A DNA stretch of 64,000 nucleotides from the NCBI GenBank assembly GCA_964057225.1, contig OZ059895.1:5828001-5892000 (forward strand). The letters run 5' to 3'. Positions within the stretch are counted from its first letter, which is position 1. Every line of letters starts with the position of its first letter. The position numbers and the translations under genes are program-made. The stretch is from Auanema rhodensis. Its lineage: Eukaryota; Animalia; Nematoda. Below the pieces are notes generated by a model that did not search any database, was not told where the DNA came from, and saw only the letters and a program-made list of their open reading frames with translations. Positions 1 through 15,144 of this stretch are shown piece by piece.

Positions 1-402
1 TTTATAAAAATAGATAAAAAGTTTTCTTTAGAAGCATACTGTATATCAAAATTTTCATGTGTTTCTGTCCTCATACATAAACTTTATTATTTTCTTTTCA
101 TGGTGATACATTTCAGCATAATAGCGAAGAGAGCACATTTACCTAGCAAGATTTCTCGAATTCTGATTCTTGCTTAAAAACCATTTGCTGAGTACTTGAA
201 ATAGCCACAAGTTGCCTCACAACCCGACCCCAAAGCTACTCCCCAGTGAATAAAAGGATCGGCAGCCGAGTTGATAAATGAGTCAAGTTGGAAAGTTGCT
301 TAGAGAGCTCATATATCAGCTAATCGATGTCAATTCCCATGCTGAGCATAATTTCCTAAAATGCATCCTGACTTCTATATTACTGTTAAGAAACTTCAGA
401 AC

Positions 403-855
403 TCATGCACTATGACGGATGAGCTGTCTTACGGCCGCTGAGGTTGATTTGGTTTCCTCTTCAAAAAATGCTACCCATGCCAGCCAACTACGAAAACAGT
501 CATGTAAAAAATCCCAAAAGGGTTTGCTATAGTTTTGATGCAATTTTTTTTTGGATTTTAAGATCATGATCAATTGATTTGCATTTCGAAGGCGATGAAA
601 TGGCCAACCATAAGCTTTCAATGCCGGTGTCATAGTTGTGCACGTAAATTTATTGGTCCCATAACGAAAAGTGTTGCCATGTACATATGCTTTCATCTTT
701 CCGCAACTGAGGCTAAATTCTTTAATATAAATCACATTTAATATCTGGTTTCCGCCTATTGGAATCATAGCATCTAAACATGAAACGAACCTCACGCACA
801 TGTCTTTGCCGCATTTTCCAAATTTGAATATATCCCTTAAACAATCAAGAATCAT
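403..855 (-). pseudogene. Unidentified intronless 150-aa ORF, probably a degenerate coding relic (TE- or virus-derived?)
   Basis: Longest ORF in the window and less AT-skewed than its flanks. The frame continues past the stop as VLKFLNSNIEVRMHFRKLCSAW, and a paralogous fragment (EVRINFRRLCSAW) lies inverted at 1004-1044. No family recognised. Confidence 0.3.
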
Positions 856-1507
856 GATCTCAATACTAACAAATGTGAGATTGGAACTACATGAATCTGG
901 GTGATGTTATTCACTTTAATCGAAAAGATTTCGATGTATATGGTTATAATTATTTTCAAGAGATAAACATAAGAGGAGGAGGAGGAGGAGGAGGCACTAA
1001 TTCAGAAGTGAGGATAAATTTTAGGAGATTATGCTCAGCATGGGGCTGGGAGAATCAGTAAGCTACTAACATCTCAAGAATACAATATACAGACACGGAT
1101 TAACACAAAACATTTCTATCGAATTCACTTCAATGTTAATTATTTTCAAAATATATTTAGTAATATCATTTTCTTGTATTTTCCTGTTGCACTTCTTCCA
1201 GCCCTATAGTACAATTCGCTCCTGTTTCTTTCTTTCCCCCTCTTTTTCTCTCGTTCGCTTTCTCATTTTCGTTTTTCATTTATTCATTTTCTCTCCTTAA
1301 ACCCATGTATGTATAAGGAAGCTTTAACTTATCTACTGATGATAATGTAATTATGCCAACACAACCATTCTTTATTGCTTCAATGTCTCAGACTCTCTTC
1401 TCTGTTGACTACTTAGTTATCTAAGCTTCGTCTCCAATCCCCCACCCCCTACATGTTCCAAAGACAATTTTTTCATTTTCAAATACAAAGCATTCAATTC
1501 TCTCCCT

Positions 1508-1511
<4 letters not shown>

Positions 1512-1574
<63 letters not shown>
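1512..1574. repeat. (CT)n microsatellite
   Basis: Uninterrupted TC dinucleotide run of ~60 bp. Confidence 0.95.
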
Positions 1575-1576
<2 letters not shown>

Positions 1577-3864
1577 CCAGATTTCTTTCAGTTCTTCTAC
1601 ATTTCCTTCATAGTTTTAAGAAATCTTTGTAAATTAAATTAAAGCTTCCTAGTTAGTTCCTAAGCTCTTATTTTTACATCAAAGTGCTTCGGAGTCGTTT
1701 GACCTTTCCGTTTTTCGTTTTTTCTTATGCCAACATTGAAATTTCCTTAAAGTTTTTTTGGTTGCTAGCAAAGTTAGGAAAAAAAAACTTTTTTTGTGGT
1801 TTCTGTTCAAACGCTTTTACATTCAACTACAGTATTCAAACATGGAATAGAGGCTAGATGATTAGAACATTACATGTCTTCTGTTGATGAGCATAGCTTT
1901 CTATAGAAGGAAGGGGGATTGAAGCTTAAATTTTGAAAAACTGAAATAGATACTGTTGTTTCAATAAAATGAAATGAAAGATCAAAAAAGAATAAAGAAG
2001 AAGACAGCAAGACTGAAGATTCCTTCGTACAAATTTTTGAAGTTTATTTTAAGATTTTGAATCAAAAATGTTTCTTAAAAGTCTCAGAGGCTTTGAGTTT
2101 GAAAGTTGGAAGTCAAACATTTCTATAAAGTTCTATTGTGCTTGATTAGACGACAGAAGAGATGAATCGAATGAAGAAAGCGAATGGATAGAATAGACAG
2201 ATAGAAGGCTAACATTCCAGAAATAAAAGTTTTTCATTCACTAAAATATTTTTGACAATAAGAATACATTAAGAATTCAATCTTTTGATTAAACGTTCAA
2301 ATGATTTTAAATTCAGAATTTTATTAAAAAAGATTACCAGTCATATATTCAAAATAACAGGAAAATCTTAATTTTATTAAATAATTAAAATATATAAATT
2401 AATATTTTTTTGATAAAAAACTAAATATTAAAGAAAGATGAGTTGAAAGGGCCTTACTTTGACATTGCAGTCAAATGGATTGGATGGAAGGTCAAGAGGC
2501 TTAAAAACAATTCTCAAGAAATTCTAGGCAGGTATTTGAATGAAGTACCGAAAAAATCTAAATAATATACTTAGGCAGATGTTTAAGTGGATTTCATAGA
2601 TACAAATGTATAGTAAAAAGGTTTGAGAATAAGGTTTGAGAATAAGGTTGAGAATATAATTCGTTAAGAAATAACCGTTTATGCTATAACAATCTCATGA
2701 AAATAATGATTCAGTTACATGGAAATTTTGAATAATGTATAATACCAAATTCATTTTTATATTTATATTGAAATAATCTGCTTGTTCATCAGTTGATTTT
2801 TCTGTTTCTTGTGATGAACTCAACTACTTTCGTCATTTTTCCTTCGAACTGCTGGATGCTTTTGACAAATAGGTCCGATTTCGCTGATAAATGATCGAAG
2901 TCGGCGAAGAGTAGATACTGCTCGCTCAGGTCATCTAGTCAGACAGCACCAAGCTTTCTCATACCCTTTCTACACTCGTACATCATTCCCTCATTTATCA
3001 AGAGAGATAGAGAGATAAAGGAGAGAGTGTATGCTTCAGAGAGATTGAAATGAGAAATAGAATTCTTCACAGTGTTCATGTAAAAATTAATTTGAGGAAG
3101 ACAAGGGAGAGAGAGAGAGAGAGAGAGACAGGGGGAAGAATATCATTGTAACCTTTCCATTTCTTCTCTTCTTCCTCCCTCGTTTGGATCTCACTGTTCA
3201 TCATTTTGTACATAATGTTGCAACTCTTCATCATCATCATTATCGACATCGGCTGGTATACCGAGCCGTGTGCAGTATATCGTATCGTTCCTTTTTGATC
3301 TTGACTCTCTCTTTTTCTTATTCCCTCTCAATCACTACATTTTCATCTCTTCAACCTCTAAATGACTCCGCCTACTACAGAGGTCAGACAGTAGATGAGA
3401 TAGAATAGATTGATGAGAGATATCAGACTTGGAAATAGATGACTTTTACCAGAGAAAGACGGTTTTGACGTAAGTACAGAGAGGGAAGTAAGATGAGAAG
3501 AGGGAGGGAAGTATGAGGAATGAGTGAGATGAATCCAGCAGCCGGCAGGTCTTCTTAGTGGTTGGATGATGACCAGACCAGCTCTTTGAAGGTCTTCATA
3601 CTTTACTAAGTGTGTAGTGGTAATAGCAATGTCTAGTTTTGTCTCGTTTTCTTGCTCACATATCCGATTCTTTATTCTATTTTTCTCAATTTCTCTGTCT
3701 CTCTCAATCTCTTTCTTTAAAATTTAAAAAAATCTACATCTTCTCTTTATTTTTTTACTTTATCAATAATTTTCTTTCTCTCTATCTTTCTATTTTTTCC
3801 TATCTCTGCAACTCTCCTCATATCGCATGTTCCGTCTTCAGTTTTAAGCTCCACCCATTGTCCA

Positions 3865-3972
3865 ACGAGGAGGCACACAGGACCCCCGGGCCGGTCGGTC
3901 GGCGATCGGTCTAGAACTGCTGTCCTGCTGCTGGCGTTGCCTCTGCTGCTGCTGCTGCTGCAGTGACTGCTG
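3865..3972. promoter_or_regulatory. GC-rich patch and (CTG)n tract ~350-460 bp upstream of the mig-1 ATG; candidate promoter element
   Basis: GACCCCCGGGCCGGTCGGTCGGCGATCGG followed by CTG repeats in otherwise very AT-rich DNA. Regulatory role is inferred from position only. Confidence 0.3.
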
Positions 3973-4327
3973 TTCAACTTTATTCCATAAAACAATTATT
4001 TTATAGTTTACAAGTGTGCCACTAAGTATTCAAGCTATTATTCTAATTATTTTTTATTATATACATATAGTTAACACATCTTATACTTAATGTAATATTT
4101 CTTTTATCTATCTTTGCATTGTCTTTCATTACCATCTGCATTATACACATCGTATTTCTCATTCTATTTGTTCTTTTTCTATATATTTATCTTAACTTAT
4201 ATGATATATCTAACTATTTCTAGTAGTACACAACAAGCTAAATATTCTACAAACTTCGTTATTCACTTCATCGCTATTGTCATAGTTGTGCTTATCTTCT
4301 GAAGCTCAACCCTCTGACGACGTTGAA

Positions 4328-5745
4328 ATGAATATTCTCTATCAATCACTTACGTGTATACTTCTATTTCACGTGGTAACATCTGTCAAATCACGTGGAA
4401 AAGCAGCACGTTGTGAGCTAATAACTTCATCAATCTGTCGTGATTTACCTTATAATACAACCAGGTATGTTCTATAGTGTATTTTTATTATTTTGTTTGA
4501 TATAGTTATATCAAATTCTTATCATTCATATACTTTCTATTTAACGTTTTTCTTTTTTCATTCATTTTATATCCGGATATATATACTTTATTAATTTATA
4601 TTTTATTACTATTCAAATAATAAACTACATAAGTAGATTGAGATGGTTAAGGTTTAAGATTTGATCTTCTGCAATCGATTTGATTGTCTTATCGACCTAT
4701 CATCTATATCGGGGTGCCTTTCTTCGAACAAAGATTCTTGAGATGGCACAATTGAAATTACAAAATGATCTGATGAAACATTTAGAATCAGAACATTATT
4801 TTGCAAAAAAATTTGTTGAAAACTTTGCATTTTGGATGATATATATCATCCGATGTAATTGATGTTGTCTTTTATTCCCATAAATCACCTCATATTTTGT
4901 TTATTCAATGCTAATCATAAACTATTTTCATTAATATTTTATTGTATAAACAGTAAAAGAAGTTTTGTTCTCTATTTTTTGGTCATTTTTGAGCATTTTC
5001 TAACACTTTCATCTTAACAGTAGCAGATAGTTATCAGACTAAAAAGCAATCCGGGCCATATAATTCAGTCTTATGCGTAGTTCTTTTGCTTTTTCCTTTC
5101 TCGTGCTGCTTGTTTGTCTCTATTTGATTGAAGAACTTTTAACTGTATTCTCTCTTTATGATGCTCTGTTTCTTCCTTTCTTTTCTATTCCCACCTCTCT
5201 CTCTATTTCTCTATCACTCTCTCTCTCTCTCTCTCTTTGCCTCTTTACTGTTTGGTTACCTAATCGATAATTGATAAGAAATAATGCATTACTACTGATA
5301 AGCTGACTTTTGAAGTCAACTGGCTTTTAGAAAACCAAAGAGAGAGAGAGAGAACAAGAAACTTTTCTTAGGGTTAAACCACATATCATTCAGAAATTTA
5401 TTCATTTTCATTAACTGAAAACTTCATTTTGAAGTATGATTTTCAAATTTTGGCGGAAAAATTGTGACATGTCGTTAAAGCCTGCTTGACATGTTTTGAG
5501 TTTTTGAAATGTGAACTGAGATTAGACATGAGGTTAGAAGTTAAGTAAATGATTGAAAATTTTTGTTCTTCTGTTCACAAGAATACTAGTTTAACATATA
5601 CAAGAAGTGAATATATGCATACAAACTTACGCTCTACATTGATACCAGCTGTTCTAACTATGCACACATATTTTTGATTTGAATATTACTATGTGATAAT
5701 CTGTATTGATACAATAATAATAATAATCTCATTATAGTTCATAGT

Positions 5746-5781
<36 letters not shown>

Positions 5782-8700
5782 TCATCATAAATATTCATTA
5801 TATTCTCACATAATACATATAAATACTTGAATGTATTATGAACAAAAAAAAACGAAGAGAAATTGAGATAAAAAAATATTCCAGATGATGAGCAGATTCG
5901 TCATTTCATTAAGAAATGTGAAAAAATAATTTTGTCTTCTATCTCAACAATAAAAAAGAAATTCTTTTTCTCCTTTTTTTCCATAAATGATATGAAGAAC
6001 GAATACAATTTCTGATTGTTTGACTCATATACATTTTTCTTTCACGTCAAACGTGCAATTCACATGCAATCAAGTAATATTAAGTTCATTTCAATGAATA
6101 TGAATGATGTGAACGGTTGTTATCTCTTTTATTCTGTTTATATATACTTATATCCTTATTACATTAAATATATAAAAGAGAAATATTGTTTATAGCGTCA
6201 TTACTGATTTAATTTCCAACCACAACTTATTATTATCATTATTATTATTCTTATAGCACTAATATATATATATATATAGCATATAGTATATAGAATATTA
6301 ATATAATTGTATAAATTTATTTTTTCTCAACATCATGACGTTTCAGTCAATTTTATTTTTGACACATCAAGCATCTCATCTGAATGAACTTGGTTCGTTG
6401 AATCTTTTTGAGCGACAAGCCTATTCAACTTCTATTCTCCTTCAGATGCTTTATGTTGACAGCTTTACCATTTGAAGCACAATGGCCATGGTCACCATGG
6501 TCATTACAGACCTTACAGACCTTACCGATCTATAATTTGATAATAAAATTCTGGTTAAAACATTGAAGCAGTCAGCTTAAATACATGATTTCATTTATTG
6601 TTATCAAGATAAACTATGATTATTTGATATTATAATTAAATATATGAATAATTAAGTTTATTATTTATATAATTATAGAAATATATAATTATATTTTTAT
6701 ATAATTTATAAATATATTTATTTTTAAAATAATATTTCTTCATATCATTTGCCATATATGTATTATATAATATCACATTATCTTGTATCTTTTTCTACTT
6801 CTTCCACTTTTCTGGTAACAAATAATATTTACTTCATTCTCTTCTTTACAAGCCACACATAGCACACAGACCGTCGTCCGTCCGTAGTTCTTCTGACCAG
6901 ATGATATATTACAGACGACGGCTGTCTGATGTGATCTGCAAACATACTAGCCCAACCAACCAACCCACCAGCTTGCTTTTCTTTTCCTCTTCTTCTTCCC
7001 TTATTTCCCAAACTTTCTATTTCAAAAAGATTTTGTGGGTATAATATTAAGAAAAAAAAATTTCAATTTTAAATTATACTTTACGTATATTTAAAGATCA
7101 AAATATTTGAATATAGAAATATGGAATGAAAAAAATGAAGAAGTTATTCAAAGATTTAGATAATCAATAGTAGAAATCATGCAAATATGATGAAAATCAA
7201 AAATAGCTGAGAATTTTCTCATTTCACATATGAACTAAAGTTTTCTTGAAAATTGTAAAATATTCTGAAGATATAGAATAGGAGAGAGGATTGCTGACCG
7301 TCTGCTAGCCCTGTTCGAATAAAGAATTTCCCTTGAGAATGATGTTACGAGACAAAATGTGAAAAAGTGAAGAAAAGGGCCAGTCTAAGTGCAGAAGAAG
7401 GGAACGAATCATGAAGAGTCACTTTTTTCATTTCAAAGTTTCAGAATTTGTGAGAACTTTTATCTGATTCTTTGAGGTCGATTCAACAATTTTCTTTTCT
7501 CCTTCTTCCTCCTCGTGTTGATTTGCGCACTGTGCTTACATCATTGATGTTGTAACGCTTACAATATATTCAGCAACATAGATTGAGTTGATTGTACAAA
7601 TTTCTTTTTTTTTTCTTTTCGAATTGGAAGAATATGAGAACAACAAGTACATTTATCTTTCATTTTTTGACATATTTGAGTTATTTTCTTGTCAATTAGT
7701 TGAATTAGACGATAAATAAATAAATAATAAGAAAGAAGAAACTAAGAGAGAGAGAAGGGGAGAGAGAGAGAATAAGAGAAAAATAGAGAGAAAAGTTAAG
7801 CTGAGGAGGAAGACGTTCCACCTGGATAGTTTGTTGTATCAAAACGACTGTTCACCTTCTTCTTCTTCTTCTCTCATATGAAGTCTGTCGTGTGTCTTCT
7901 TTAAATCATTCATTAATCATCAGAATCGAATCATCGTTGGTTGTAGAGAGCTGACTATTCACAACGACAACGTGTCTTCTCCAAACTAACACATACATCA
8001 TTCTTCTCCATCTCTTTCACCTCTTTCTCTATATTATTTCAATAATCATTCGAATATCCTTTGAGTAATATCATCATCATCATCAGCATCATTTGGTATT
8101 TCAAAAAGTTTTCTTTTCTTTTTCTTCGAAGAAAAAAAACAATTCTTTCTCTCAACAGTTCATATCGGATAAAGGAAAAGTGAAGAGGAACTATAAAAGA
8201 AATGAAAAAAAAACTTTTTTCTTCATTCAACAACGTTTTTGACTGAAGAAATGTTCGTCATGATCCTGATATGTGTGGTCTGGTAGTCTCTGATTCATAT
8301 CCAAATCCTTCAATCATAGATGAGCTAAGGGACTTGACTTCAACATTTGAAGATTCTGAAGATTTAATTAATGGTATTACGAATAAAATATCTACAATCT
8401 TGAATATAAAATAAGCAAATGAAGAATATGCTGTCGATATTGAATATAAATGGAAATGAGAGACAGCTGATAATCAAATATTCCATGTCAAAGCTCATCC
8501 ACCTGATGATTGACGACGACGTCTACATAGCAGCACGTCATTCAGTGATGATTCGTTACTGTCTTGTTTACATAACAGGAGGTCAATGAATCAAATCTCA
8601 TGAGGGAAGTGGATATATCATATACTATTACTGTATAATAGAATAGTTAAATGATCTTTTAAGTAAATGTTATGAATAAACAATCATAAAAATGCTTAAT

Positions 8701-9298
8701 GATCTAAGTTTTCTTTTTTCTAAACATAGCATATTCTTCTATTCTGAAAAAAAAACTTTAAGAATCCCCCGTCTATAAGAAGTCAATTTGATTTTTCGAA
8801 TAAGAAGTTTGTTAGAGGAATCCTCATATCTTATTATATTGTATGCCCTGATATTATAGGTCATTATTATAATAAATATTATATGATATAATATAAATAT
8901 TATAATCTATTAATATTTACATATAGTTAAAAAAATAATTTATTATATCATTTACTATATAAACAATAATTATATTATATTATAGATTATAAATTTATAT
9001 TCAAGTTTTCATAGTATATTGAAACTATTTATTCCTTTTTTTCTTTTTTTTTTCATACAAAAAAATGAAAGACAACTAATGGCAACTTTTCTTTTTTCCA
9101 TCTTTCAAATCTGTTTTGTCTAATAGTCTGTATACTCTCATCAATTTATATAATGTTTCATCTTTTGTCTTCTAACGTCTGTTATATTATAAATCAACTA
9201 AGTAGGAGAAAAGCGATTGGACTATACAATAGGCATACTACGTATAGAAAAAGAATAAGGTGTTAGTATATATAACAACAGGGTTTTAAAACAAAACC

Positions 9299-9373
<75 letters not shown>

Positions 9374-12300
9374 TCTATTTCGAAACTTTAGGGAAAATTG
9401 TATGCAAACTTTCTCCGTTTATCTGATGACAAACTATGTTACATCATTAATTTTTTTCAGTTTTCCAAATTTGGTCGGAGATGAATTAGCTAAGCAAGCT
9501 GAAGCTGCACTTAATACGTTTCAACCATTGATTACAAGCCAATGTTCAGAACAACTCAAATTTTTCCTGTGTTCTGTTTATTTTCCTATGTGCAATGAGA
9601 AAGTAAGTTTAATAATTTTAGTTTTAATTTAAAATAGTCTTGACATGAAAATATAAATTACAATGAATTCAAACTATGTGGAGAATTGATATTGATGTTC
9701 TCAATTACACATGTAGTATTGAAGCATAGTCTACTGTATTTCGTGCAAGCTGTTGGAAATAAACGATGGAAACGCTTGTGAAGTTCCTTCTTTCTCTCAT
9801 TTGTTGTTTCTCTTCTTATCTTAACAAAGAAAAAGAACTTAGATAAGAAGGTTCAATGAGAAATCTTCTGCTCAAATACGTTTTTTCATTCTCTCATCCT
9901 CTCCCTTCCTTGATAGTTGACTTGAGCAAGGTTTCTATCAAAAATTGGACAGCAAAAGAGAAAAATGAAGAAAATCTGTATGAGAAGTAACGAAGCCAGG
10001 GGGATCTGGAGCTTTTCTGCAGTCTGGTTATTTGATGTCATTTATCAGGATTTGACGTCAAATTCTTCGTTCATTGTCGTTCTTTTGGACACAACGGGGT
10101 CCTTCTTCTCTTTCCTCGTTTTTCTGTCATCTATGGCAAATGATGGCGAGAAATGAAAGATGAAGAAGGATTAAAGAGAGATAAATCGTTGTCATCGTAA
10201 TCTAGATTCTGAATTCTTCAGCTTTTACAAATCAGCTGAGATGAGTTAGATAAATTTGAAAGTTCAACAATTTGCTCTATATGAAATTCAAAAAACTATA
10301 TGAATATAATATTATATAATATCTGAGCTATTACAGATTCCACAACCAATTGGACCATGTCGGCCATTATGTGAGTCGGTACGCGAAAAATGCTTTCCAT
10401 TACTGAAAGATTTTGGCTTTCCATGGCCTGAGCATATGAATTGTTCTAAATTTATATTAGGTAATTAACTATAACATATAATTAACATATTTATTTTAAT
10501 TATAATATTATAGAAAATAATAACGATAATATGTGCATGAAAGGACCAAATGAAAATGGAGCCATATCAACTGCTCCAAATACGGATGATAATCTGGATG
10601 ATTATTCTTCCTCATTACATCATTATGGTAAGAAATATTCTTTTTTTTTAATTTTATAATTATTTTAATATATTACTATATAGAATATATATTTTAATTT
10701 AAAAAAAATAATTGAATGACATTACATGTCAAGTTAAATACTGTCATGTTTTACGCTTTTTTTTAAAACATTGTTGTCTAAGTGTCAATCAAAATTCAAA
10801 ATAAGAATATTTCAAAGCTTTTTATGAAATTTATGATTGATTTGAATTTTTTCAGGTCACAACACCTGTCCTCAGGAACATATTTATCTTAATCGTACAG
10901 GACAATGTGTGCCAATCTGTGTAGCTGGGCAAGGCATTAAACAGGTGAAATTTAATGAAAAAATTTTTAATTTAACTAAATAATATATTTTATTTATTAT
11001 ATGTTAATCATTATATATGTTTTCAGCAAGATCGTGAATCAGCTTCAACCTCATTGTTTGTGCTGTCCTTAATCAGTGTTGTTATGACTTCTGTTTGTCT
11101 TTTAACATTTTTTATGAGGTACAACTTTTGTTTTTTTCTTATATTTCATAATGAAAATTCTTTAAACTATATGATAATTTTATTTTTTTGTAATTTAGAC
11201 GACACTGTCTATCAGCTTTACCTGAAACATCTCTACTATGGGCTTCTCTATCATTTGCTCTATCAGCTATTGTCTCATTATTCTCCTTACTATATCGTGA
11301 ACAGGTTTGCATTTAAAATATAATATTTTACTTAATTAACATAAATATATACGTTACAATGTACGTGTAAAAACGTGTACTTCATTGATTAACGTGTTAT
11401 TTTAACTTAATGTAGTTCGAGTAATCGGTTGTATACCTTTCTAATCAATTAACATAAATTATTTAATTATATAAATATATCATATTATACATTTTTCAGA
11501 TTAGTTGTACTGATTATTCAAATCATTTATTATTTGTTGTTCAATCTATACCACATGCTCCATGTTCAACCGTAGCTGCTCTTCTATATTATTTTGGAAC
11601 TGCTGGACGTTTATGGTGGCTCATTCTATGTTATACATGGAACCAACAAACAGCACGTGCTACACGTATTGTAAGTTTTTTTTTATAATAAATTGCATCA
11701 TAATATCACATTAATTATGAAAATGTTATATCTAAATATATGAATTCAATAATAATAATTTAACTTTCAGGAAAAATATCGGGCAGAAGTTCATATGGTT
11801 GCTTGGGGTGTACCATTGTTGGCTGTTATGCTAGGATTGGTAGCACAATCTATTTCAGCTGATCCATTGAGCGGTATATGCAGTATTGGAAGTGGTAGTC
11901 GGGTACTAATTATTCATTTATAATTAAATATATTATCTTTATAATTTTATAGGCTTTGGATTTAATATTTAATTTGACTCGTGAAGTTATTCTATTAGTT
12001 GCTTGTTCAATTCCATTGTTTTTGGGATGCTTCAGCGGCTTAAATGTTGAACGTGAAAATCACTCTGTGTCATCAGGATTTGTCGGCTTTCTTTATCCAA
12101 TTGCAGCTCTATTTTTCATGTACTTAGACTTTTATATTCTATATACTATATATATTTATTTATTATAGGTTAAGCTTTGCTAATGATGCTGTACAGCCTG
12201 CAATGCAATGGAGTAAAAGTTGGAATCTTGTGTCAGCAATTAAGATTTTGATGGATCCAATTCTTGGAGTTATAGCAGCATTTTGTTGCTTAATGCACAT

Positions 12301-12502
12301 CATAATTAATCTTTTCCGTAGTGTCAGGTAAACAGAATATTATATATATTATAATTAATTTTCTTTATTGTTCTTCAGATCACCTATTTCCGATAAAAAT
12401 GGTTATCAATCTGGCATCCCACGTATTCCGCAGCCATCCATTCCGGCTAGTGTACGATCGCATAACACGTATGCATCAGCTTTACGAGTTCCAATGATAT
12501 AA
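4328..12502 (+). CDS. mig-1: Frizzled family Wnt receptor, MIG-1 type (~518 aa, 12 exons)
   Basis: GT-AG exons in consistent phase: 4328-4464, 9461-9602, 10337-10460, 10514-10627, 10856-10944, 11027-11118, 11199-11304, 11500-11670, 11771-11902, 11953-12119, 12169-12327, 12379-12502 (1557 nt incl. TAA). Signal peptide; CRD ([15 protein letters not shown]...[20 protein letters not shown]...IGPCRPLC...FGFPWP...MCMKGPNE); TM region ([32 protein letters not shown]); tail [20 protein letters not shown]. All match C. elegans MIG-1 as recalled. Confidence 0.93.
9303..9370. repeat. (GA)n microsatellite in mig-1 intron 1
   Basis: GA run with one interruption. Confidence 0.95.
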
Positions 12503-13743
12503 ATGATATATTTTAACTATTACATTCACTGATTTAAATATTTTTCTCATCTTACTGCTGTTGAAAGCTTCTAAGTTTACATAATGCTTTCATTGTGTCA
12601 TTTGAAACTTTTTTTCACAAACTTGATTAACATAGTTGTAGCAATTTTAGGATAGACTTCTAGTTATATCATTTGCATCTTCTTAATAATATATGATTTT
12701 ATAACATTTTTTAGTAGAGAATATTGTAATTTGATAATTCTACTACTACTATAAACTCTCAAGCAAAATCAATCCTTCACCACCCCATCCTCATCCAAAT
12801 GATCTCATTCTCACTCTGCTTGAAAAATAGTTCAAAAATCTTAATTCGTACATAGTTTTTTTAAAAATTTATTAAAGAAACAAAAACTATAATAAATAAT
12901 TCTCATTTATATGATTCTAAGATTATATAATCTCGAGAGTATTGTACAAATTTATTTGTTTTTAACATTTGTCTTCTTTTTTTTTATTCTCTGCCCAATA
13001 TTTTGCTCTCAAACAAGGTATCAGCATGTCATTTACCAATTTTCTCGGTCTACAATCTCTTTATATATATATATTATATATATATACATAGTAAATAAAT
13101 ATTTATTCATTATATATAGTAATCTTTTTTTTTCTTTTATTATAAATTAAATAATATTTTTATTATGACTCTAATTTGAGAAATTTGTTGATGATTGAAG
13201 TATGTATGTAGTACAAGCTTTATAACATCATTTATAATTAAAATATATTTATAAATATGCAAAAGTTAAATTATAATTTACCAAAATATAGATAATATTA
13301 TAGAATAATAGAATTTAGCTTCTAAATTATTAAATCCCAACGGGAAAACTGTTTATCAGAAATGACTAGTTCTTCTGATAGTATGTGATATTTGAAGTAA
13401 CATTTGCCTTTTTTAATGATTAATGTTATTAAGAGAATATCTTAAATAATATTTTATTCTCAAATTCATACACTATGTCTCAATATTTTAAAAAAAAATT
13501 CAAATCTTTCTATAGTATATGTATGTATGTGTATATAGGTAAGTAGGATAAGATATAATCAAAGAAACTCTTTTGTTTTCATTTTTTAAATTATTTTCTT
13601 TGAAAACAAAACATAGTATTAGTTTGTCATAATACTTTATTCTTATTCTTATAGTTAGAGAATAATTGAAGATTTTCATTATTATACGGTTTTGAAAACA
13701 GCTTTCTTTTCATACTCGTTTTTTAAAAAAAAAAGTTTTCAGA

Positions 13744-15144
13744 ATGTATCGAAGATTTTTATATATTTTCTATGAATCTCCATTTATGATATATTATATT
13801 TATATTATTTATATTATAAATAAAAATTGGTTACAATTTAATTCAATTTTTTTTCGTCTTTTATTTATTCAAGCAATTATTGTAAGTTTATTTTATTTTT
13901 ATTTATTTTCACTTATTCCTGTCAAGATTCTATTTTTTTGAGTATTTGATATTGTTTATATGATTTTTCCTCATATATAAAAAAATTATAAACATTTATG
14001 TGTAATTCCTTTCTTTTCTAAAGAAAACTAGAGTTAGAAACTTAAGTTGATCATGAAAGATTGATGACGGCGCGAGGGAGTAGAGAAAAAACATAAAGAT
14101 TTTCACTATTTCCATTTAATTTTATTATTTTATAATATTTATAAATTAATTATTAATTTATTATTCCAGAGCTTTACCTATTATATTATTCGAAATATCT
14201 TTGTTCGAGTTCCACGTTTGACATGTTCAACATGTATTTTCAGTAATATTTTTGCTCATACACATATCTATGGCTTAGAAATTTTTAATTTTTTTTATAT
14301 TCATTTATTTATAATTCAAATGGGTATAATATGTTTATTATCATTAAATCGTTTAACAACATTCTTATATTATACCAAAAGTGAAACGGTAACTATTAAA
14401 AAAATATTTTTATAATGAATAAACTTAAATTAAAAACTTAATAGATATGGCAATATGCTCTTGTTCCATTAATGTTTATTATTATTAATTGTTCATCGTT
14501 AATTGATTTTCAGTTATTATTTAGTAAATCATATTATGTTTATAATAAAGAACAAGATTATTTTGTTTTAGAATCAACTGCTGTATGTTATTTTACTTTT
14601 CTTATTTCGTTTCAAAACCATTTTATTCTCATTCTTTAAATTACAGTATACAACATCAAATATAATTCATTATATTATATATTATGTAATTTTAACTACA
14701 GTATTTAATCTTTTTATAAATTTATTAATTTTAACCTTTATAATTACTCGAAAGGTTAGTTTATTTTAATTGTAAATTTAAATTTTTAAATGTTTTTATA
14801 AAATTTTACAGAGTAAATTAGATTATATACATACATCTGAAACACGTTTATGTATTTTACCCGTTTCATATTTATTAGCACAAATTTATTTATCAATTAC
14901 ATGTGTATGTATTTATTTATATTTATATTTATAATAATTATTATTATTTCAGTTTAAAATGGTTTTTAATACCAATGATGATATAAGCACAAGTAATCAA
15001 AAACCATTCATTTTCTTTACAGATTTTACAATATTTTTTACTCCAATTATATTAACTATATCATCTAAACGTCTTAGTCGTTTAGTTATACCAATTAGAA
15101 TTAAAACTCAACAAAAGTCAATAAAAGCTGCTGAAAGGTCATGA
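13744..15144 (+). CDS. Serpentine chemoreceptor GPCR, srg-like (~295 aa, 6 exons)
   Basis: Phase-0 exons 13744-13881, 14170-14388, 14445-14582, 14647-14754, 14812-14904, 14953-15144. Multiple hydrophobic helices; motifs FNSIFFRL, SLNRLT..IW, SETRL, PFIFFTD...PIIL...S typical of the Srg superfamily. TTTTCAG just before the ATG is a likely trans-splice acceptor. Confidence 0.8.

Noticed and set aside
2618-2655. Spliced-leader-like GTTTGAG repeats
   Set aside because: Just a 13-bp unit repeated about three times; lacks the SL1 5' sequence, donor site and Sm site.
6866-6928. Possible pre-miRNA hairpin in mig-1 intron 1 (CCGTCGTC/GACGACGG)
   Set aside because: Core stem is only ~8-10 bp with a large loop, and no known miRNA is recognised.
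12300-12502. Missing KTxxxW motif as a sign of a broken Frizzled
   Set aside because: The tail matches the divergent MIG-1 C-terminus as recalled and the reading frame is intact.
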